Of a stretch of DNA of 64,000 bases, positions 1-16,212 are shown one piece after another. The notes under the pieces are model-generated. The model ran no database searches and had not been told where the DNA came from. It saw only the letters and a program-made list of their open reading frames with translations. This DNA is from Gemmatimonadota bacterium (GTDB lineage: Bacteria; Gemmatimonadota; Gemmatimonadetes; Palauibacterales; Palauibacteraceae): contig OY762926.1 in the NCBI GenBank assembly GCA_963666735.1, positions 1,888,001 through 1,952,000 on the forward strand, in the 5' to 3' direction. Each line of letters opens with the position of its first letter. Position 1 is the first letter of the stretch. Made by a program: the position numbers and the translations under genes.

Positions 1-223
1 CTCCAAGCCCGGCCTGGCCCATGAGGCCGTCGGTCCCGAGCGCGTGCGAGCCGTGCTTCGCTCAAGCGGGATTCCCTGTTTCGGCATCGGGGGCATCACC
101 GCCCGTAACGCCCCAGCCGTCTTCGCCACCGGCGCCGCCATCGCCGTCCTGGGCGCGGTCATGCACGCCCCCGAGCCCTCCCAGGTTGTGCGCAGCCTCC
201 TCAATCTCGCCCGGCGTCCCTAA
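1..223 (+). CDS. thiE: Thiamine-phosphate synthase, C-terminal part (truncated by window edge)
   Basis: Frame from base 2 reads SKPG...GIPCFGIGGITARNAPAVFATGAAIAVLGAV..., matching the ThiE C-terminal IPxFxIGGI motif; TAA at 221-223. Confidence 0.75.
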   Translation, partial: SKPGLAHEAVGPERVRAVLRSSGIPCFGIGGITARNAPAVFATGAAIAVLGAVMHAPEPSQVVRSLLNLARRP

Positions 224-246
224 GCTTCCCGTAAGCCTCTCGATGG

Positions 247-282
247 AAAAAACGCCCCGCATCCTCTCGGATCCGGGGCGTT
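247..282 (-). terminator. Rho-independent terminator after 5S rRNA
   Basis: AACGCCCCG...CGGGGCGTT stem followed by a T run on the minus strand. Confidence 0.7.
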
Positions 283-297
283 CATCCTCCTTCTAAA

Positions 298-414
298 CGC
301 CGGCAGCGACCTACTCTCCCAGGGCGTCCCCGCCCAAGTACCATCGGCGCTGAGGGGCTTAACTGCTGGGTTCGGGATGGGACCAGGTGTTTCCCCCTCG
401 CTAAAGCCGCCGGC
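298..414 (-). rRNA. rrf: 5S rRNA
   Basis: Reverse complement contains conserved 5S motifs (CCCATCCCGAAC, GCCGATGGTACT, GGGAGAGTAGGTCGCTGCC) with paired ends. Confidence 0.95.
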
Positions 415-491
415 AAACTGCGATCTGGCTAACGAGTCGAGTGCAGGGCGATCGAGCGCGCTGAAGCGCTTATCGACCTCGTATGAAAGAT

Positions 492-3520
<3,029 letters not shown>

Positions 3521-3584
3521 CTTCGTTGACGGCATCAAGCACCTCAGACGCACTCGGCGCCCAGCACTCTCACTCGCTACCGAA

Positions 3585-3598
3585 TTGTCAAAAAAGCA
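3585..3598 (-). promoter_or_regulatory. boxA-like antitermination element in 23S leader
   Basis: Minus strand TGCTTTTTTGACAA resembles rrn boxA TGCTCTTTAACA. Confidence 0.55.
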
Positions 3599-3639
3599 AA
3601 CCCGCAAGACGCCCCAGGGCGCTCGCAGGGAAGACGGGT

Positions 3640-3668
3640 AAAGTAGGGTCGGTTCGGGGGAGCGTCAA
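3640..3668 (-). promoter_or_regulatory. sigma70-type promoter for the 23S-5S unit
   Basis: Minus strand TTGACG-17 bp-TACTTT between the atpC stop and the 23S 5' end. Confidence 0.7.
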
Positions 3669-3693
3669 GCACCCGTCGAGGACCCTGAAGAAA

Positions 3694-5468
<1,775 letters not shown>

Positions 5469-5511
5469 TCATGGCTATTGGTTCGTGAGCGGCGCCGCCG
5501 CCCCGTGTTTG

Positions 5512-6378
5512 TTATCCGTCCAGCGCATCCGCGCCGCCGATGATTTCCGCAATCTGATTCGTGATCTCGGCCTGGCGGGCACGGTTGTACGTCCGCCGCA
5601 GGTTGTCGAGGAACTCGTTCGCGTTGTCCGTCGCCGACTTCATCGCCGTCCTGCGGGCCGCCTGCTCCGCCGCCGCCGTCTCCAGCAGCGCGCTGTACGT
5701 CGAGTTCGTGATGTAGAGCGGCAGGAGATGATCGAGGATTCCTTCCTCCGACGGATCCAGGATATAGAAGGGCTGCGGACCCTTTCGCGCCTCGCCCACC
5801 CCGACCGGCAGGACCTGACGGACGGTGGGCGGCGTGCTCACCATGTTCCGGAACTCTGCGAACACGAGCCGTACGGCGTCGAGTTCGCCCGCCACGAAGC
5901 GCGCGGCCAGATCATCGATCAGGCTCCGCGCATCGTTCACCGCCGGAGGGTCCCCCAGGTCGTTGCGGGTCTGCGTCATCCCTACGCCGCGGAAGCGGAA
6001 ATACGAGATCCCCTTGTTCCCGTAGACGTGGAACTCCACCTCGGCCCCCGCTTCCTCCAGTTCGCGGAGCTGTGCCTGCGCAGTGCGGATGAGATTCGTG
6101 TTGAAGGCGCCGCACAGTCCCCGATTACTCGTCAGGAGGACGAGCGCGGCCCGCTCGATGCGGGCGGGCTGCCGCAGCAGGGGCTGGGACTCCGCCAGGT
6201 CCGGGGTGGCGAGCCGGGCGATCATGTCCATGAGTTGCGCCGAGTACGGACGCGCACGGATGACCCGCCCCTGCGCCTGCGCCAGCTTGGCGGTCGCGAC
6301 CATTTCCATGGTGCGCGTGATCTTCTTCGTGCTGTCGACGGATTTCATCCGCCGATAGATGTCCCTCGACTTGCTCAT
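5512..6378 (-). CDS. atpG: ATP synthase gamma subunit
   Basis: [30 protein letters not shown] motifs. Confidence 0.97.
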   Translation of the reverse strand: MSKSRDIYRRMKSVDSTKKITRTMEMVATAKLAQAQGRVIRARPYSAQLMDMIARLATPDLAESQPLLRQPARIERAALVLLTSNRGLCGAFNTNLIRTAQAQLRELEEAGAEVEFHVYGNKGISYFRFRGVGMTQTRNDLGDPPAVNDARSLIDDLAARFVAGELDAVRLVFAEFRNMVSTPPTVRQVLPVGVGEARKGPQPFYILDPSEEGILDHLLPLYITNSTYSALLETAAAEQAARRTAMKSATDNANEFLDNLRRTYNRARQAEITNQIAEIIGGADALDG

Positions 6379-7988
6379 GCCGCGGCGTCCGCAGCGTCCC
6401 CTCGGGAGGCGCCGTCGTGGGCGAAGATGTCGGAATAGGAGCCGATCGCCTCGCGCAGCGCGGCTTCGGTCTCATCCGACATCACCCTCTCCTCCCGGAT
6501 CGCCTGACCGGTCTCCGGATGGTTCGTGCTCATGTAGTCGAGGAAACCGACCTCCCAGCCGCGGATGCGCGACACGTCGAGGTCGTCGAGGTGTCCCTGC
6601 GTGGCCGCGAAGATCACCATCACCTGCTCCTCGACCGTCATCGGCTCGTACTGTCCCTGCTTCAGGATCTCGACCGTGCGCCGGCCCCGGTCCAGCTGGC
6701 GCTGCGTCGCTGCGTCCAGCTCCGTGCCGAACTGCGCGAAGGCCTCGATCTCGCGGAACTGCGCCAAGTCGAGGCGCAGCCGTCCGGCGACCTTCTTCAT
6801 GGCCTTGATCTGCGCGTTTCCGCCCACGCGCGAGACCGAGATCCCCACGTTCACCGCCGGGCGCACGCCCGAGTAGAAAAGATCGGTCTCGAGGAAGATC
6901 TGGCCGTCGGTGATCGAGATCACGTTCGTCGGGATGTAGGCCGACACGTCACCCGCCGCCGTCTGGATGATGGGGAGCGCGGTCAGCGAACCGCCCGGCT
7001 TCTTGATGTCCGGGTGGCCGGCGATGGCGTCCGCATCGTTGCTGATCTTCGCCGCCCGCTCGAGCAGCCGGCTGTGCAGGTAGAAGACGTCCCCGGGATA
7101 CGCCTCGCGCCCCGGCGGACGCCGCAGGATGAGGGAGGCCTCGCGGTACGCGTCGGCCTGCTTCGTGAGGTCGTCGTAGATGACGAGGACCGCCTTCCCC
7201 TCCTCGTACATGAAGTACTCGCCGATCGCGCAGGCGGCGTACGGGGCCATGAACTGCATCGGCGCGGGGTCCGCAGCGTTCGCGGCGACCACGACCGTGT
7301 AGTCGAGCGCGCCCTCCTCGCGCAGCCGCTCGACGATCCCGGCGACCGTCGAGCCCTTCTGCCCGATCGCGCAGTAAACGCAGATGACGTCCTCGCCCTT
7401 CTGGTTGATGATCGCGTCGATCGCCACCGCCGTCTTGCCCGTGCCGCGGTCTCCGATGATCAGTTCGCGCTGGCCGCGGCCGATCGGGATCATCGAGTCG
7501 ATCGCCTTGAGGCCCGTCTGCAGCGGCTCGTTCACCGGCTGCCGGTACACGATGCCGGGCGCCTTCCGGTCGACCTTCATGTAGGTCACCGTCTCGATCG
7601 GCCCGTGGCCGTCGCGCGGCTGCCCCAGCGTGTCCACGACGCGGCCGAGAATCGCCGGACCGACGGGCACGGCGAGGACGCGACCGGTACGGCGCACCGG
7701 ATCTCCCTCCTTGAGGGCGAGATAATCGCCGAGGATCACGGCGCCGATGTTGTCTTCCTCCAGGTTGGAGGCGAGACCGATCACCGAGACCCCGCTGTCG
7801 CGGGACGTGATCTCGAGCATCTCGTTGGCGACGCACGTCGAGAGACCCCAGATGCGGGCCACGCCGTCCTTCACCTCGAGAACCTCGCCCACCTCCTCGA
7901 CCCGGAGTTCCTCCTCGTAGCGGTCGATCTGCTCGAGCAGGGCCTTCTTGATCTCGCTCGCTCGAAGGGAGCTATCGAAACCTGTCAT
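6375..7988 (-). CDS. atpA: ATP synthase alpha subunit
   Basis: [40 protein letters not shown]. Confidence 0.98.
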   Translation of the reverse strand: MTGFDSSLRASEIKKALLEQIDRYEEELRVEEVGEVLEVKDGVARIWGLSTCVANEMLEITSRDSGVSVIGLASNLEEDNIGAVILGDYLALKEGDPVRRTGRVLAVPVGPAILGRVVDTLGQPRDGHGPIETVTYMKVDRKAPGIVYRQPVNEPLQTGLKAIDSMIPIGRGQRELIIGDRGTGKTAVAIDAIINQKGEDVICVYCAIGQKGSTVAGIVERLREEGALDYTVVVAANAADPAPMQFMAPYAACAIGEYFMYEEGKAVLVIYDDLTKQADAYREASLILRRPPGREAYPGDVFYLHSRLLERAAKISNDADAIAGHPDIKKPGGSLTALPIIQTAAGDVSAYIPTNVISITDGQIFLETDLFYSGVRPAVNVGISVSRVGGNAQIKAMKKVAGRLRLDLAQFREIEAFAQFGTELDAATQRQLDRGRRTVEILKQGQYEPMTVEEQVMVIFAATQGHLDDLDVSRIRGWEVGFLDYMSTNHPETGQAIREERVMSDETEAALREAIGSYSDIFAHDGASRGDAADAAA

Positions 7989-8034
7989 CGTCTTCTCTTC
8001 TCTATTTCTCGTTGCTTCACGTTTGCCGACCGTC

Positions 8035-8568
8035 TCAGTACAGTTCGCGCCGCATCTGCTCGAGTTGCCGCCGCAGCGATGCGTCCAGCAACTCGTCGCC
8101 GACGCGGATGATCACGCCGCCCAGAATCTTCGGGTCCTCGTGGAACTCGGGGACGACCTCCCGCTCGAAGCGCCGCTCCAGCGCCGAAACCACCTCGCTT
8201 CGGACGCGGTCATCCGCCTCGAAGGGCAGCGTCACGGTGGCGCGGATCCGTCCCGCCTTCTCGTCCAGGAGATCGCGGTAGGCGTGTGCGATCCCCGGGA
8301 GGGCCCGCTGCCGGTGGCGGTCCAGGATGACGAGCAGGAAGCGGATGAAGAGATCCGGCGCCCTTCCGGAAAGTGCCGCCCGGATCGCCTCCTTCTTCTC
8401 GAACAGCGACACCGCGGGCACTTCCAGGAAACGCTGGAAGTCGGGGACGTTGGCGTACAGGTCGCCGATCTCCTCGATCAGCCGCCCGTACGCCGCCTCG
8501 CTCCCGTCCCGCGCCGCGAGTTCGAACAGAGTCCCCGCGTAGTTGCGGGCCACCGCCGAGGCGCTCAT
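8035..8568 (-). CDS. atpH: ATP synthase delta subunit
   Basis: [11 protein letters not shown]-terminus, [21 protein letters not shown]-terminus; operon position. Confidence 0.93.
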   Translation of the reverse strand: MSASAVARNYAGTLFELAARDGSEAAYGRLIEEIGDLYANVPDFQRFLEVPAVSLFEKKEAIRAALSGRAPDLFIRFLLVILDRHRQRALPGIAHAYRDLLDEKAGRIRATVTLPFEADDRVRSEVVSALERRFEREVVPEFHEDPKILGGVIIRVGDELLDASLRRQLEQMRRELY

Positions 8569-8598
8569 CGCTCCGTCACCGGTCCTCGGGCCATCACA

Positions 8599-9153
8599 CT
8601 AGACGTCCGACACGAACTCGCGCACGAGACGCCGGTTCTCCTCGGCGTCCAGCCGCGCCCGGATCAGCCGCTCGGAGGCCGCCAGCGCGAGATCCACGGC
8701 ATCCCGCCGGATCTCCTCCCGCAGCCGGTCCCGTTCGTGTCCGATCTCTCGACGGGCGTCGTCGAGCATCTGCGCCTGCTGCGCCCGCGCCTCCTCCAGC
8801 ATCTCCTTGCGGAGACCGTCGGAGTGCTGCCGAGCCTTCTCCAGCATTTCCCGTGCCTCGCCGCGGGCCGCTTCCAGCGCGGCTTCCTGCTGCGAGAGCA
8901 GCCTCTTCGCCTCGTCCCGCGCGGCGAGGGCATCGTCGATGGCGCCCTGGATCTTGTCGTGCCTCTGCTCGAGTCCGCCCGCGATGAGCGGGAAGACCCA
9001 CTTCGCCAGGACGAGGAGCGTGAGCACGAACAGGACGATCGTCCAGACGAAGAGTCCCAGATTGAGCGAGAAGATCCCGGTCTCCGTCTGGGCCGCCAGC
9101 GCCGGCGGCGTAGCGAGCGCCCAGCAGCCGGCGACCCCGGCCGAACGCATCAT
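8599..9153 (-). CDS. atpF: ATP synthase b subunit
   Basis: Single TM (GLFVWTIVLFVLTLLVL) followed by long coiled coil; operon position. Confidence 0.92.
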   Translation of the reverse strand: MMRSAGVAGCWALATPPALAAQTETGIFSLNLGLFVWTIVLFVLTLLVLAKWVFPLIAGGLEQRHDKIQGAIDDALAARDEAKRLLSQQEAALEAARGEAREMLEKARQHSDGLRKEMLEEARAQQAQMLDDARREIGHERDRLREEIRRDAVDLALAASERLIRARLDAEENRRLVREFVSDV

Positions 9154-9407
9154 CCGCGGATGAAGCCGGCGATCACGAGTCCGAACAGCGCCACACCCTC
9201 GATGAACACGGCCAATACGATGGCGGCCGTCTGGATGGTCTGCGCTTCCTCCGGCTGGCGGGCCATCGCTTCCGTCATGCGCCCGCCGATGAGACCGATT
9301 CCGATCCCGGCTCCGAGCACGGAGAGCCCGCCACCGACGATGGCGAGACCGATTGCGAGGCCGTCGCCCGTCGACATGCCCTGCAGTAGCGTCAACATGT
9401 TCAGCAT
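9150..9407 (-). CDS. atpE: ATP synthase c subunit
   Basis: GAGIGIG hairpin, ARQPE loop, conserved carboxylate in FIEG. Confidence 0.95.
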   Translation of the reverse strand: MLNMLTLLQGMSTGDGLAIGLAIVGGGLSVLGAGIGIGLIGGRMTEAMARQPEEAQTIQTAAIVLAVFIEGVALFGLVIAGFIRG

Positions 9408-9506
9408 CGTTGGCTCCAGTTTCCTTTCTCTGTCGGGGGTTCGGACGACACCCCCCGTTCCGTCCGCGCCTCTCCGGCGCGGAAGTTGCCCGCGGACCCT
9501 CCCGGG

Positions 9507-10505
9507 TCAGTGCGCGTGGCGAATCAATCCGATGAACACCGAGACCAGCATCGCGAAGATGTACGCCTGAAGAAGCGCGATGAAGATCTCCAGCATCATC
9601 ACGAACAGCGCGAGGCCCATGGACCCCAGAATCGTCGCGGCCCCGACCGTCGTCCCGAAGACTCCCTGACCGATCATCGGGCCGTAGGTGAGGATGAGGC
9701 CCATGAAGGCGAGGATGACGAAGTGCCCCGCCGTCATGTTGGCGAAGAGCCGGATCGCGAGCGCCATGATCTTCGAGAACTTCGCGATCAGTTCGACCGG
9801 GGCCATGATGAGCAGCGTAACCGGCTTCAGCGGCCCGGGCAGCCCGGGCGGCAGAAAGAAGACGGTTTTCGCGTAGCCCAGCGGGCCGAGGGCGATGAAC
9901 CCCGCCGTCTCGATGACGACGAGCGCGATGATCGCGAGCGCGGCGGTGACCATGATGTTCCCCGTCGCCGTCGCGCCGAAGGGGATCAGGCCGAGCAGGT
10001 TCGCGTACAGGATGAAGAAGAAGAAGGTGATGACGAGCGGGACGAACCTCTCTCCGCCGCGGCCGATGTTGGCCATCACGACGTCATCCCTCAGGTAGAG
10101 ATAGAAGGCCTCCATTCCGTTGAGGAGCCCTCCGGGGGCCTTCTCGCCCTCCTTGAGCCGCTCCGTCGAGCGGGCGGCCATGAACATCGTCACGATCGTG
10201 AGAACGGCCGCGAACATCAGGAACAGCACGTGCTTCGTGATCGAAAGGTCGACCTCGAGGCCGCCGATATTGAAGGCCGGGAGCTCCGGAAGATGGATCT
10301 CGCCGAAGGGTCCGAACTCCCAGGTGCCCGAGTCCACGACGTGGTGCATCATGACTTCGGTGCCCCACTCCTCGGCGTGCTCGCCCGCCGCCGCGGCTTC
10401 GCCGTGGTGTTCCTGGGCAGCCGCAGCCGCGGGGGCGGCGTGCTCCTGTACCCGCTCCGTCAGACTCCTCAGGGAGGCCATCGATCTATCGAGCACCCGG
10501 TTCAT
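9507..10505 (-). CDS. atpB: ATP synthase a subunit
   Basis: ALAIRLFANMTAGH and LQAYIF motifs; multi-TM. Confidence 0.95.
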   Translation of the reverse strand: MNRVLDRSMASLRSLTERVQEHAAPAAAAAQEHHGEAAAAGEHAEEWGTEVMMHHVVDSGTWEFGPFGEIHLPELPAFNIGGLEVDLSITKHVLFLMFAAVLTIVTMFMAARSTERLKEGEKAPGGLLNGMEAFYLYLRDDVVMANIGRGGERFVPLVITFFFFILYANLLGLIPFGATATGNIMVTAALAIIALVVIETAGFIALGPLGYAKTVFFLPPGLPGPLKPVTLLIMAPVELIAKFSKIMALAIRLFANMTAGHFVILAFMGLILTYGPMIGQGVFGTTVGAATILGSMGLALFVMMLEIFIALLQAYIFAMLVSVFIGLIRHAH

Positions 10506-10899
10506 CCGGTCGCGCGTTCCGTGTCGAGTTGGTCTTATTGGTCTTCGTGCGCGCGAGCGCGAGCCACAAGGCTTCCGTCCACAACAACACCAGCATGGCG
10601 AGTCCGTATGCGATGGGCAGATCGGGCGTCGCCGCTCCCGTCCATGCCAGTCCGCCCGTCACGGCCAGCCCTCCCATGCGGAGACCGATCCCGCCCAGCC
10701 AGGGCCGGGTCGCCCGCCGTCCCGCCAGGAGCGCACGGTTCAGCGGCCAGACCGCGACCACCTGAATCAACCAGGCCGAAGCGATCCCCCATGTGCGCTC
10801 GCCGTCCCGCAGCCACGCGGCCGCCGCCACCGCCAGCCCCAATGTGGCCAGCGCATAGGTCGGTGTACGCCGCATCCAACGTGTGGGAGTACCCTTCAC
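10486..10899 (-). CDS. AtpI-like membrane protein
   Basis: Four hydrophobic segments, immediately upstream of atpB. Confidence 0.6.
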   Translation of the reverse strand: MKGTPTRWMRRTPTYALATLGLAVAAAAWLRDGERTWGIASAWLIQVVAVWPLNRALLAGRRATRPWLGGIGLRMGGLAVTGGLAWTGAATPDLPIAYGLAMLVLLWTEALWLALARTKTNKTNSTRNARPDEPGAR

Positions 10900-11210
10900 T
10901 TCCCGCGGTCCGCCTCCCCGCCGGTCTCATCGGCCGCAGCGCGTTCGCGCTGTGCCGCCAGCCGGCCGAACATGCTGTAGCAACCTCCCGCGAACCCCGC
11001 GAACACTCCGAGGAGCACGAAGAGAGGCGCGGTCCCGAGACGGTTGTCGAGCCAGTTGCCGCCGACGGCGAGGAGCGCGATCGCCAAACCCATCGCGATC
11101 CCGAGGCTCGCGAATTCCGAGCCCGCCGCCTTCGCGTACCGGCGGCCGATGCTCCCCTGTGGTTTCTCGGGTTCCGGCCGGTTCGTCGAACCGGGAGGCG
11201 GCTGGCGCAT
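10896..11210 (-). CDS. AtpZ/AtpI family protein
   Basis: GGNWLDNRLGTAPLFVLLGVFAG motif; first gene of atp operon; ATG at 11210 chosen. Confidence 0.75.
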   Translation of the reverse strand: MRQPPPGSTNRPEPEKPQGSIGRRYAKAAGSEFASLGIAMGLAIALLAVGGNWLDNRLGTAPLFVLLGVFAGFAGGCYSMFGRLAAQRERAAADETGGEADRGK

Positions 11211-11249
11211 GAGGATACATCTCCGTCGTCGGAGCCCCACGCCGACCGC

Positions 11250-11300
11250 TTGTGAAAAATTTCCCAAGCCCAATCTGTCCGCTTGTGAAAAATTTCGCAA
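11250..11300. promoter_or_regulatory. Two tandem Rex-like operators upstream of atp operon
   Basis: TTGTGAAAAATTTCCCAA (11250-11267) and TTGTGAAAAATTTCGCAA (11283-11300), each one mismatch from TTGTGAA-N4-TTCACAA. Confidence 0.6.
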
Positions 11301-11443
11301 TGCCGGTTTCGCTTGACGCTGGGCAGAGAAGGCCTAGGTTGCTGCCACCATATTGAAGGCCTCTGGTCAACTCCGAAATGGCCTCGCCGACGCCCGGGTC
11401 TCGCAGTCCCGCGGCCCCCCTCACGCCTGGAGCCGATTGAGTC

Positions 11444-12454
<1,011 letters not shown>

Positions 12455-12534
12455 ACGTTGGACGAAACCGACAGTACGCAGCTCTCACCGACAGTTCGGG
12501 CGAGCCCCGAGGCTCCGGCCGGGGTCCGCCGCCC

Positions 12535-13758
12535 ATGACCGGCACCTTCGCGCTGCTCGCCTTCCTTCTCATCTGCTCCGGGTTCTTCTCCGGCGCCGAG
12601 ATCGCGCTCTTTTCGCTCGGGGAACCTCGGGTCCGCGCCCTTGCACGCGAGAATCGTCCGGGGGGGCGAGCGCTCGAGCGGCTGAAGCGGAACCCCGAGC
12701 GACTGCTCATTGTCATCCTGATCGGGAACAACGTCGCCAACATCGGGGCTGCGGCGGTTGCGACCTACACGGCGACCGAACTGTTCGGCTCCGCGGGGGT
12801 GGGGCTCGCCACGGGCGTCATGACGCTCCTGGTCCTCTTCTTCGGAGAGATCACGCCGAAGAGTTTCGCGGCGCGTAACGCGGACCGGCTCTCGCTGTTG
12901 GCCGCTCCGTTTCTCGCGGCCCTGGGGCGCCTGCTCCTGCCGGTCGTCCTCCCGCTCGAATGGCTCGTGCGGCGGGTGCTGCCCGACACCGGGAGCGGGA
13001 CGCACGTGAGCGAGTGGGAGATCCGCGCCATGGCGCGCCTCGGGCATCAGTCGGGCGACATCGAAGCGCACGAGCGCCAGTTCATCGACCGCGTGTTCAC
13101 GCTGGACCGGCGGCGCGCGAGGGAGATCATGATCCCCCGGGTCGAAATCCTCGCCTGGGAGGACTCGCGCAGCCTCGGGGACATCGCGGAGGAACTCGCC
13201 GACGTGCGCTTCAGCCGGATCCCCGTATACGGCGAATCGCTCGACGACGTGACCGGCGTGCTGTACCGGACCGAAGCGTACCGGGCGCTGCTCGGCGGGC
13301 GGCGGAAGCTCCCGCTCTCGGCCGTCGCCCGCGAACCCTACTTCGTGCCGGATACGGTCACCCTCATCGAACTGCTCGAGCAGTTTCGGGCGCGCCGCGT
13401 GCACATGGGGCTCGTGGTGGATGAACACGGCGGGCTCGACGGACTCGTGACGCTCGAGGACATCCTCGAGGAACTGGTCGGCGACATCGTGGACGAAACC
13501 GATTTGCCGCCCGAACCCATCATCCGGCTGCGAGGGGACGAGATCGCCGTGGACGGCGGCGCCGAACTGCGGGAGATCAACGACTTCTTCGGGACCGCGT
13601 TCCCGGTGGTCGAGCACCGGTCGCTGAACGGCTTCCTCCTGGGCGAGCTGGGCCGGGTGCCCGAGGCGGGAGAGGTGGTCGAGCACGGCGATGTGCGGAT
13701 ACGGGTCGTCGCGAGCACCGGCACGCAGGTGACGCGCGCCCGGATCCGCCGGAACTAG
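12535..13758 (+). CDS. Hemolysin/CorC (CNNM-CBS-CorC) family membrane protein
   Basis: FFSGAEIALFS, FGEITPK, FSRIPVY, VVDEHGG...VTLEDILEELVG. Confidence 0.9.
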   Translation: MTGTFALLAFLLICSGFFSGAEIALFSLGEPRVRALARENRPGGRALERLKRNPERLLIVILIGNNVANIGAAAVATYTATELFGSAGVGLATGVMTLLVLFFGEITPKSFAARNADRLSLLAAPFLAALGRLLLPVVLPLEWLVRRVLPDTGSGTHVSEWEIRAMARLGHQSGDIEAHERQFIDRVFTLDRRRAREIMIPRVEILAWEDSRSLGDIAEELADVRFSRIPVYGESLDDVTGVLYRTEAYRALLGGRRKLPLSAVAREPYFVPDTVTLIELLEQFRARRVHMGLVVDEHGGLDGLVTLEDILEELVGDIVDETDLPPEPIIRLRGDEIAVDGGAELREINDFFGTAFPVVEHRSLNGFLLGELGRVPEAGEVVEHGDVRIRVVASTGTQVTRARIRRN

Positions 13759-14543
13759 TGCGGCGTCGAGGCGACGAAACCTGCGGTGGCCGAGCGCAGA
13801 TACCAGTCGAACAGCGCGTCACCGAACAGGAATGCGACGGCGGCGCCGAGCGCGAGGAAGGTGCCGAAGGGAACGGGCTTCCCCGTGCGGAGCGAGACCG
13901 GACCGTAGACGAGAGCCCCGGCGAGCGCGCCCAGGAAGATCGTGAGGAGGGTGCCGCCGGGGCCGAGGAAGGCACCCACCAGCGCCATCATCTTCACGTC
14001 GCCGCCGCCGAGGGCGGGCTTGCGCAACGCCTTCTCGCCCAACCACCCGACCACGTAGAGAAGTCCGAAGCCCAGAACGGCGCCGGCGATCGCCGCGCCC
14101 GGCGGCGTCGACCCGGGGAGCGCCGAGAGGGCAAGGCCCGCGGCGCACCCGCCCACGGATAGCGCGTCGGGGATGATGTAGTGACGCGCATCGATCACCG
14201 CGATCGCGAGGAGGAGCGTGAACAGGACGGCGCCCGTCGGCGCGGCGACCGATGCTCCGTACCGCCACGCCATGCCGCCCCAGATCACGGCCGCCGCCAG
14301 TTCGATCGCCGGGTAGCGCCAGGAGATGCGGCCGCCGCAATCGCGGCAGCGTCCCCGCAGGCGCAACCATGAGAGCACGGGAACGTTGTCGAACCAGCGG
14401 ATCGCCGCGCCGCACGCCGGGCAGCGGCTGCGCGGGCGAACGACGCTGTGCTCTGCGGGCATGCGCGTGATGCACACGTTGAGGAAGGAGCCGGCCGCCA
14501 ACCCCAACAGCGCGGCTCCGCCGACAATCGCAGCGTCAGCCAC
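13755..14543 (-). CDS. Prepilin peptidase (A24)
   Basis: [14 protein letters not shown]...CRDC zinc motifs, [19 protein letters not shown] start at 14543 chosen. Confidence 0.9.
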   Translation of the reverse strand: MADAAIVGGAALLGLAAGSFLNVCITRMPAEHSVVRPRSRCPACGAAIRWFDNVPVLSWLRLRGRCRDCGGRISWRYPAIELAAAVIWGGMAWRYGASVAAPTGAVLFTLLLAIAVIDARHYIIPDALSVGGCAAGLALSALPGSTPPGAAIAGAVLGFGLLYVVGWLGEKALRKPALGGGDVKMMALVGAFLGPGGTLLTIFLGALAGALVYGPVSLRTGKPVPFGTFLALGAAVAFLFGDALFDWYLRSATAGFVASTPH

Positions 14544-15306
14544 TCGGGTGCCCGGTCCGCATCCGGTCGAGCAGGATGGCGCCCGCCGATGCCACATTCA
14601 GCGACTCCACGCCGTGGGCGAGCGGCACGGCGACGGCGCGGCCGGCGGCGGCGCGCAGAGAGGCGGAGACGCCGTGCGCCTCGCTGCCGAGCGCGAGCGC
14701 AACCGGCCCGGGAGGCGGACCCTCGAGCGGCGTACCGTCGGCCGCAGCGACCCAGATGGGGACCCCTCGCCCGGCAAGCCGCGCCACGGCATCCCGGGTG
14801 TGCGTTCGGAAGACGGGGCCGCGGAACGACGCTCCCGCCGAGGCCCGCAGCGCCTTCGGCCCCCAGGGATCGGCGGTCTCTCCAACGCCGATCACGGCGG
14901 CCGCTCCGAGCGCGAGCGCGGTGCGCACGAGGGCGCCGACGTTTCCCGGATCCTGCACGCCGTCGAGAAGCACGATCGCGCCCTCGCCCACGTCGTCCCA
15001 GCCGTACGCCGGCACTTCGCCGATCGCGAGGATGGGCTGGGGCGTGGCGGCATCGGCCAGCGTCCGGATGATCGCTTCGGGCACGGCTTCCGTACGCACG
15101 CCCCGCGCCAGCGCGCACGCGAGCAGCGCCTCCAGTTCCGAATCGCTACCCGCCGCTTCGGCGTGCAGCACCGCAACGGTGCGCCCGGTCCACTCGAGCA
15201 TCTCACCGACGAGCCGCCGCCCCTCGGCCAGGAAGCACCCGGTTTCCCGGCGTCCCTTTCCGCGGTGCAACGACCGCCAGGCCCTGATCTCCGCGCGCGT
15301 CGGCAT
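14536..15306 (-). CDS. TrmH/SpoU family RNA methyltransferase
   Basis: [28 protein letters not shown]. Confidence 0.92.
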   Translation of the reverse strand: MPTRAEIRAWRSLHRGKGRRETGCFLAEGRRLVGEMLEWTGRTVAVLHAEAAGSDSELEALLACALARGVRTEAVPEAIIRTLADAATPQPILAIGEVPAYGWDDVGEGAIVLLDGVQDPGNVGALVRTALALGAAAVIGVGETADPWGPKALRASAGASFRGPVFRTHTRDAVARLAGRGVPIWVAAADGTPLEGPPPGPVALALGSEAHGVSASLRAAAGRAVAVPLAHGVESLNVASAGAILLDRMRTGHPSG

Positions 15307-15393
15307 ACCCCTATTTTACGCCGAGTCACAACGCAGTGTCATCGCGCCGGCGGAACCGGCGCACCAGAGCGAACCGGGCGGAGCGGATACGTG

Positions 15394-16209
15394 ATGCCGA
15401 AGAAGCCAGCGCGGGCGACCGCACTCACGATCGCGGGGAGCGATTCCGGAGGCGGAGCCGGGATCCAGGCCGACCTCAAGACCTTCCACGCGTTCGGCGT
15501 GTTCGGCACGAGCGCGGTCACCGCCGTGACCGCGCAGAACACCATGGGCGTCCAAGCGGTGCAGACGCTCGACCCGTCGATCGTCCGGCGGCAGATCGAG
15601 GCGGTCCGGACGGATCTGGCGCCAAGGGCCGCGAAGACGGGGATGCTCGCCGACGCGGACATCGTGCGGGCCGTCGTCGCAAGCCTGCGCGGCTTTGAAG
15701 CTCCGCTCGTCGTCGACCCCGTGATGGTGGCGACGAGCGGCGACCGGCTCCTCCAGCCGAAGGCCGCCGACGCGATCCTGGAGGAACTCCTCCCTCTCGC
15801 CACCCTCGTCACGCCGAACCTGCCCGAGGCGGAGATCCTTGCCGGGCGGACCGTGAGCACCGAAGCCGACATGTCCGCGGCGGCCAAGGCCATCCTCGCG
15901 CGGGGGGCGGGCGCGGTGCTGGTCAAGGGGGGACACATGGCCGGCGATGAGGTGGTCGACCTGTTCCGGAACGGAGAGAGCGAGCGGGTGTGGCGGACGC
16001 CCCGCATCCGGACGACGGAAACCCACGGGACCGGATGCACGCTCTCGGCCGCGATCACGGCGGGGCTGGCATCGGGGCTCACCCTCGAGCCGGCGATCGA
16101 ACGGGGACTCGCCTTCACGCACGCGGCCATCGCGGCGGCGCCGGGTCTCGGCTCCGGCCGCGGTCCCCTGAATCACTGGGCCCATCCCGGAGGCGGCTCC
16201 CGCGACTGA
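15394..16209 (+). CDS. thiD: Hydroxymethylpyrimidine/phosphomethylpyrimidine kinase
   Basis: [41 protein letters not shown]. Confidence 0.95.
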   Translation: MPKKPARATALTIAGSDSGGGAGIQADLKTFHAFGVFGTSAVTAVTAQNTMGVQAVQTLDPSIVRRQIEAVRTDLAPRAAKTGMLADADIVRAVVASLRGFEAPLVVDPVMVATSGDRLLQPKAADAILEELLPLATLVTPNLPEAEILAGRTVSTEADMSAAAKAILARGAGAVLVKGGHMAGDEVVDLFRNGESERVWRTPRIRTTETHGTGCTLSAAITAGLASGLTLEPAIERGLAFTHAAIAAAPGLGSGRGPLNHWAHPGGGSRD

Positions 16210-16212
16210 AGG

